64,000 nt of DNA from Piromyces finnis finn. Taxonomy: Eukaryota > Fungi > Neocallimastigomycota. The position numbers and the translations under genes are program-made. Position 1 is the first letter of the stretch, and every line of letters begins with the position of its first letter. The stretch lies in NCBI GenBank assembly GCA_002104945.1, contig MCFH01000023.1, positions 620,001 through 684,000 of the forward strand, read 5' to 3'. The notes under the pieces were generated by a model. The model did no database searches. It was given only the letters and a program-made list of their open reading frames with translations, and was not told the DNA's origin. This document shows, in pieces, positions 57,601 through 64,000 of the stretch.

Positions 57601-60600
57601 GATTTAAGTAGAAATCTTTTGTTAATAACCAAACTAATCTTCTTGTAACACTATAAATATTGGAAAAAAATATCTTTAAAATTCCTGGGATATTAGCAGC
57701 ACTTAATTCACGACCAAAACGAGAATCACCAGTTAAAGCCATGAAAAATACTAAACAAAATTCTTCAAATCTTAATCTAAGCATTTCACTAAATGGTTGT
57801 TTTTCGACTTCATTATCATTTTGAGAATGTCTCATAGTATATCCACGCTTAATAGTTGGATTACGTCTAAATGGATCTAAAGTGTTCATTTGAACAGCAA
57901 ACGAGAATCTACGTAATTTCTTTAATGAATCGCTAGTGGCTGTAGCTTTTGGATTTTTATATTGCTTAACAATGAATGATGCAATTGTACGAGATATAAA
58001 AAGTGAGAATACATTAATAGCTACTATTTGTCTTATGGTTGTGGATGAATTCTTATGAACATCTCGGAAAATTGCCATAAGATCTCTTGGAATGGAGTCA
58101 AGGAAATTACTAAATCTACTATCATTATATTTACAATTCTTTTTCTATATTGAAGTAAAATCCATAAAATATAATTAAGTACATTTAATATTTAATTTAT
58201 ATGCTTATTTATACTAAGGATAAAAAAATAAAAAATAAAAAACTTACAATTTTAAAAGCAGCTAATGCATCTTCCCAATTACTAGCCCATCTAACAAGCC
58301 AATTTCTAGATTGTTGAGATAATATTGGCCAGTATTTATCAACATTAAGACCTAAAGCTCCTTTAATTGAATTTACATTAACGGTTCCCATTAATAATTG
58401 ACTTAATTGTAACTTATTGGAATTCTTAATTTGATATAACATACGACTTGGCAAAGTATCTAACACATTTGGTAGTGGGGAGAGTAAAAATTCAGCAACA
58501 CAAGATTCAGCATGAGTATATCCACATGCTGTTTCACAAAATTCATGAATAATTGCGTTTCCAACCCACATTAAATTTTCTTGACTTAATTCATCTGAAA
58601 CAATACCCATAGATTGTGTAATAAAAGTAAATATATGCAAGACACCACTTTCATCAAGTAAAGATGTAGCTGTGTATGTATGACCTGCAATAACTAAATC
58701 AGATTCTGGGACAATATGAACTTTTATATGATTGTCTTCTAAATTTCTTATGATATCATTAATAATAGTTGTGGCATATGGAATGCATGATCTTATAATA
58801 TGATGTTTAGGTAATTCTACTAGATTTTTATTACATTGTCTAAATATACCTATTAATTTTTGCTTTGATGAATTGTTCATTTGCTCATAACCTTTAGTTA
58901 TAGCCATTTGAACAAATGTATTTAAAGTTTTTTCAGCAAGTGAATCTTTTTGTTCATTGATATATCTTTGACCGGATGAAGCTAAATGTGGTGAAAGAGT
59001 TACATTATAGTGAACACTGCTGAAAGTTTCATGTACATAAATAAATACACAAGCAAATGCAAATAACCATCCACACATTGATGTTGATATAACAATATAC
59101 CATTGAGCACCAAATATTTGTGACATAACAATTGAATAAACAATACAAATAGCAACAATACCTATTAAACAATAATTTAATTTAACTTCACTATCATTAG
59201 TTTGGAAGAACAATTTATGGAATAAACCGATTAAGAATCCAACATATCCTAATACTGAAATACCATATATAGATATTCCAATATTAGTAATTTCTTGGGT
59301 TATGAAGAATACACCAGTAATAAATATAAATACACCTAACATAATAAGAATAAATCTAAATAATTCTTTTTTATACGCCTTTTGTTTTGCATTATTGAAT
59401 TTAATGAACATTTCTTCTGCGTTACATTCACCTAATCTTAACTGGGAAGATGAGTCTTTATGAACATCCAATAAATGAGAAAGTGAAATTTCTAAGAAAC
59501 CAGAACAAAGAAGCATAAATACTGTACCAAATAATGTACCAATAACATATTCAGTTAAACCGTCACCGACAATGAAAAGAGCTGGTTCACCATATGAGAA
59601 AAGCCATACCCATTTATCCATGAAAATGAAAATGAAATATAATACACCAAATACAATGACTGTATTTTCAAATTCAAATAATAAGTCACCTCTGTTTAAT
59701 TTTTCTACTTGATACTTCTTTTTTAATTCATTAATTGCAGCCTTTAACATTGTATCCCATTCGGTACTATATTTTGCGGGAGGTGGATTTGTACCAGTTC
59801 TTTGTAAAAACCATTGCATTAATTCAGATTCCCATCTTTGTTGTTTTTCTCTTTTATAAATAATAGTTGCGAGATTTTTGCTTTTTGAACCTAATGCTTT
59901 AGTAACTGTATCCATATAATGCTCTCTTGCAGCTCTTTCCCATAATCTAATTCTTTTTTCATATAATTCTTGTTCTTCATTAAGGAATGGTAATGGCTTT
60001 GGATAAGACTTTTCAAATAAGTTTTGAATATCACTTTCTGTTGGTACATTAAGTGAAAATGGCCAATCCATATAATCCTTTGCAATGCATCTGTATTCAT
60101 ATGCCATATAAATCCATGAAATGGTTAAACCAACAGAATAAATAGCCCATACTACAACTGAATAAGAATCATCAGCAAATACAAATCTCGAAATGCACAT
60201 CGGAACAATCATAATACATACACCCTTTAAAGCGGCAGATGGTCCATCTGAAGTAAATATAAGTTGAGTTGAATCTTTGAGACTAGCCAAAATCGAAAAG
60301 AATGTCATATATAAACAGAATGATATACCGTAAAGAAATGAAAATACAAAGATATACCACTTAAAACCATAAGATAAAAATAGCGTTAAAGCCAAAACAA
60401 ACGCAGAAACAAGATAAACTACAATTGCAAGTGAAAGTCTTCTAATAAAAGCACTAAGCATCAAGGGAATTGATTTCTGGAAGAAATAATATGTACATGT
60501 TCTTGCAATTGAATTAATAATACCACCAATAATTGGGAAAAGAATTAAGAAAACATAATTTAAACATTTTCTTGCTTCAGAATCCATTCTATCAGTAAAG

Positions 60601-63504
60601 AAAATACCAGAACCTAAGAATTTTGAAAAACCAAGATCAAGAACAACAGGATATACGAACAAAAATGCATTTGCTAAAACTCTTGCCGAATGTTCATTTA
60701 GTTCTTCGTTGTTAATTTCATCTGTAACTTTCTTGAAAATAGGTATTTTTTTGGCTCTTTTTCTTAATAATTCATGCATTGGATGCGATAATTGATGACT
60801 TGTTAAATCAAACAAGAAATTAAGATTAGCTTGTGTTGTTGTCATTTCCAAACTGACTGCAACCTGTATAATTATTTTTTTTTTACATTTTAATTAAAAA
60901 GTTAATATATATATAATATATATTACATTACATGCTTTAAATTTGTTTTTACTTACTTGATCTGATTCTGGTAAGAAACATGGATTCATAGCTACTAATG
61001 ATGAAAACAGTTCTAACCATGCAATACGTCGACATGCTTTCCAGAAGCACGAAAACAGGTAAACAATACATGCTGTATATGGTGAATTAATTTTTATTTG
61101 AGTACCTGTAATTGCTTCGGTTAAACATGTTGAAAATACTTTAAGTGTATTTAAACCTTCCGGATCAAGAGTAGCCCAACCTACAATTCTGCAAAATTCT
61201 TCTTCTAAATTATTTGTTTTTGTTGGTTGGTAACCTGTTTTAGCACATTGTAATAAATAATCTAAATAACGTTGCTTTTCTATTAATAAATATTCTGAAT
61301 ATATTTTAATATAATCTGCCATTGATGCTAAATAATTTATTTGCTCTGATGATAAACTTTTACACCTTTGAATATCTCTAACAACCCCTCTTGTATTTTG
61401 AATATAAGTTAACTTTTCGGAGTAGCTACTATTATTGAGTTGCCATATCATGCGCTCTGGAATTGGTAATAGATTATCAACATCTTGTGCATTTACTAAA
61501 CTTTCAAAAATCGTACATACTTTTGTATCATATCCTGCAACATGTTTTGCATATATATGTATAATTGCTTCAAGAATATTTGGGATTGTTTCTGATATAA
61601 ATATTAATAATACACCTGATTCATTTCTGTCTTCTGCTGCTAAACCCCAAACAAGATTATATGGAATATTGAAATTCTCTTTTAAATTAAACGAGTTACT
61701 GGTAGCAGTATATACTCTAATATTATTCTTTGCAAGACCGTCTCTTAAATTTAATAAGATTTTCAACGGGTTATAATTTCTTAAAATCTTTAATAAATAT
61801 TTAGCTGATTTACTTGGTTTCTTGATTATACTATCTAATGTTTTCATTAAAACCTCAAATTGAACCGAGAAATTATTACTTGGAACATCAATTGATGTTC
61901 TAACATGACTTAATAACTTTTTTTTTAATAATTCAAACATAACTTCTAATATACTGTTTTCAACATCAATTTTTCTTGTTATACCATAACTTGTACCAAA
62001 ATATGTTAAACTTGAACATGTTGTTTTAGATTTCAAAGGAACATTAAATTTTACTGATGAACTTTTTGAAATAACTGGTGATTGAGAACCTTTATTAATA
62101 TGATTTAGTATATTTGGAATTAAATCATGAAATTCATCTTCTTCACCTTCGTCCTTTTATTATTTAATATTAAATATTAATATATAACAATATGTAATTA
62201 AATATAATTAATATATATCATCCAATTAATTAAATTATAAATAATAAAATGTCTATTCAACATAAAAGAATGAAATAATAAAACTTATTTATATACATAT
62301 TTTTTATTTTATTATATTAATCTATACTTACTTGAATTGATTGAAGGATTTCATCAATTGATATAGGCTTTGGAGCTGGCTTTTTTTCATATATTGCGGA
62401 ATAAAAATCATTTTCTGTTGTTTTATATACAGATGGAATTCTTTCTCTTATAAATTTTGGGAATCTAATTAGATGCATTGTTTTTTTCCAAATTTCAGGT
62501 GTAATTTTAAAATTTCTCCAATCAACATGAAGTGTACATTCTTCCATAATTAAATGTATATCTTTGATAACACCATCATTAATAAATTCAAAAACACTAT
62601 CATCATCAACAGTCCTATAATCCAATGGTTTTAATTCTTTTAAATCAAGGAAATTTTTATTATTGCATGTAAATCCTTTGAAACCATATCCATTTAGCCA
62701 TTTAATATAATAACGATCTCTAATATACTCTTCATGATGCTGTTGACGAACAGGCATTATTTCAATATCAAGAACAATAAAATCTGAACGAATAGTAATT
62801 TCATTTTTTAATCTTTGAAGTAAATCTGGATAATCTGTTGTTAATGCATCTAAAGAAGTTTTCTGAGTACCATCTTCAAAAAAAACAGAATTTTTTAATA
62901 CTACACCATTAATATATGTTTTAACCTTATTAAATAAATCTAAATTATCAAGATCTACTAATTTAACCATGCTTTGGAAGAAGCTAGTCATATCTGCTAA
63001 AAGTTGAACACATCCAGGAATTCCAAGATTTTCTTCTAGATATGAAAATTCAAAAAATACAATACCTTGAATAATACCTTGTGGTAATTCATTGGTTGTT
63101 TCTTTAACTAATTTTTTTAAATATTTAAAAAAATGACCTTTTGAATGTTTTTGATAGTCATTCCATTTTTCACGAACATTAATGGAAGTCAATACCATTT
63201 TATATGAAGATACAAAATCATAATAAGAAACATTTGGATTTTTATTTTCACTCATAAACTTTAAATTTTCATTATGTGAGTTTAAAAGTTTATCAATTGG
63301 TAAAATTAATAGGTCAATATTATTATTACCATTAATATAATTTAATTTTCCTAAATCCCCATTGTATACACCAAAACTCTGAATATTTTTTGAGTTAAAA
63401 AGTGGTGTTTTATATGCTAAAATATCATTTTTTCTATTACCATTGTTACCATTATTATTATTATTATTATTGTTGTTGTTGTTATCTTTCTTTTGTTTTG
63501 CCAT
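54614..63504 (-). CDS. Giant (2838 aa) integral-membrane GT4 glycosyltransferase, PelF/Gtb3-like putative exopolysaccharide synthase; 4 exons (63504-62332, 62153-60957, 60863-58248, 58144-54614)
   Basis: Three phase-0 GT-AG introns fuse four ORFs from the track. A dozen or more hydrophobic segments in exon 3. C-terminal GT-B domain with WDHGILWRER (compare PelF EHGIYTRER), NGMNVARF, SHISPVKDI and the ExxxxxxxE motif EGLPLALGE...CTDVGGSREVI. Confidence 0.85.
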
Positions 63505-64000
63505 AATGAAATATTACTATATTGATATATAATTATTGATACATGAAAATTTGAAATATTGAGTTAATTAGATAAATATTTGTATAATTGCCATATATAT
63601 ATCATAATAGGCTCTGAATGAATAAGCACCGAGACAAAGATATAAATATTATAAATATAAGTTTATTAATTTTTATTTTTAAATGTAATTTTTTTTTATA
63701 TAATTAATTAGTATATATTTATATATATATTTATATAATTACTTAATATATTTTTAAGCTTATATATTTTGAATAGAATATATCTTTTTTAAATTTTGAA
63801 ATTTACTTTTTATATTTTAATAGATATATCTATTTATTTCATAAAAAAATAACCCTTTATACTATTGCTATACCCATACAAAAAAATTATTATTTTTCTT
63901 TTTTAAAAATATATATTTACAAATAATAAGATTTCACTTTATTTTAGTGAAGTGACTTTTTATAAATAAACTAAATTATAAATAAAAAGAAGAATGAACG

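Overview
Extremely AT-rich, intron-rich eukaryotic DNA. Base composition, intron style and gene set point to an anaerobic gut fungus (Neocallimastigomycota); this is inference. I could hand-splice about 12 protein genes: a stand-alone condensation/acyltransferase-domain protein, an orphan coiled-coil protein, a KIN1/MARK kinase, a Crinkler-N-domain membrane protein, a 1715-aa AT-hook/ankyrin nuclear protein, a mitochondrial-carrier-family transporter, Nab2, RPS6, a cyclin, GPI2/PIG-C, a LIM-domain protein, and a 2838-aa membrane GT4 glycosyltransferase resembling PelF and the galactosaminogalactan synthase Gtb3. The most striking non-genic structure is a retrotransposon system. (i) A complete 554-bp tRNA-headed, poly(A)-tailed SINE with a perfect 15-bp TSD (1594-2147, minus), which shares a 22/24-nt motif and an AGTCT(A)n terminus with a LINE 3' end in the window. 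(ii) A LINE nest at 32.4-40.6 kb with Russian-doll insertions resolved by 14-15-bp TSDs, a four-unit head-to-tail concatemer of a 213-nt LINE 3' end with poly(A) tails of varying length, and an invariant 61-nt core leading into a hairpin. Most short ORFs in the supplied track are antisense shadows or microsatellite artefacts. All family assignments come from motif recognition by eye; no database search was run.
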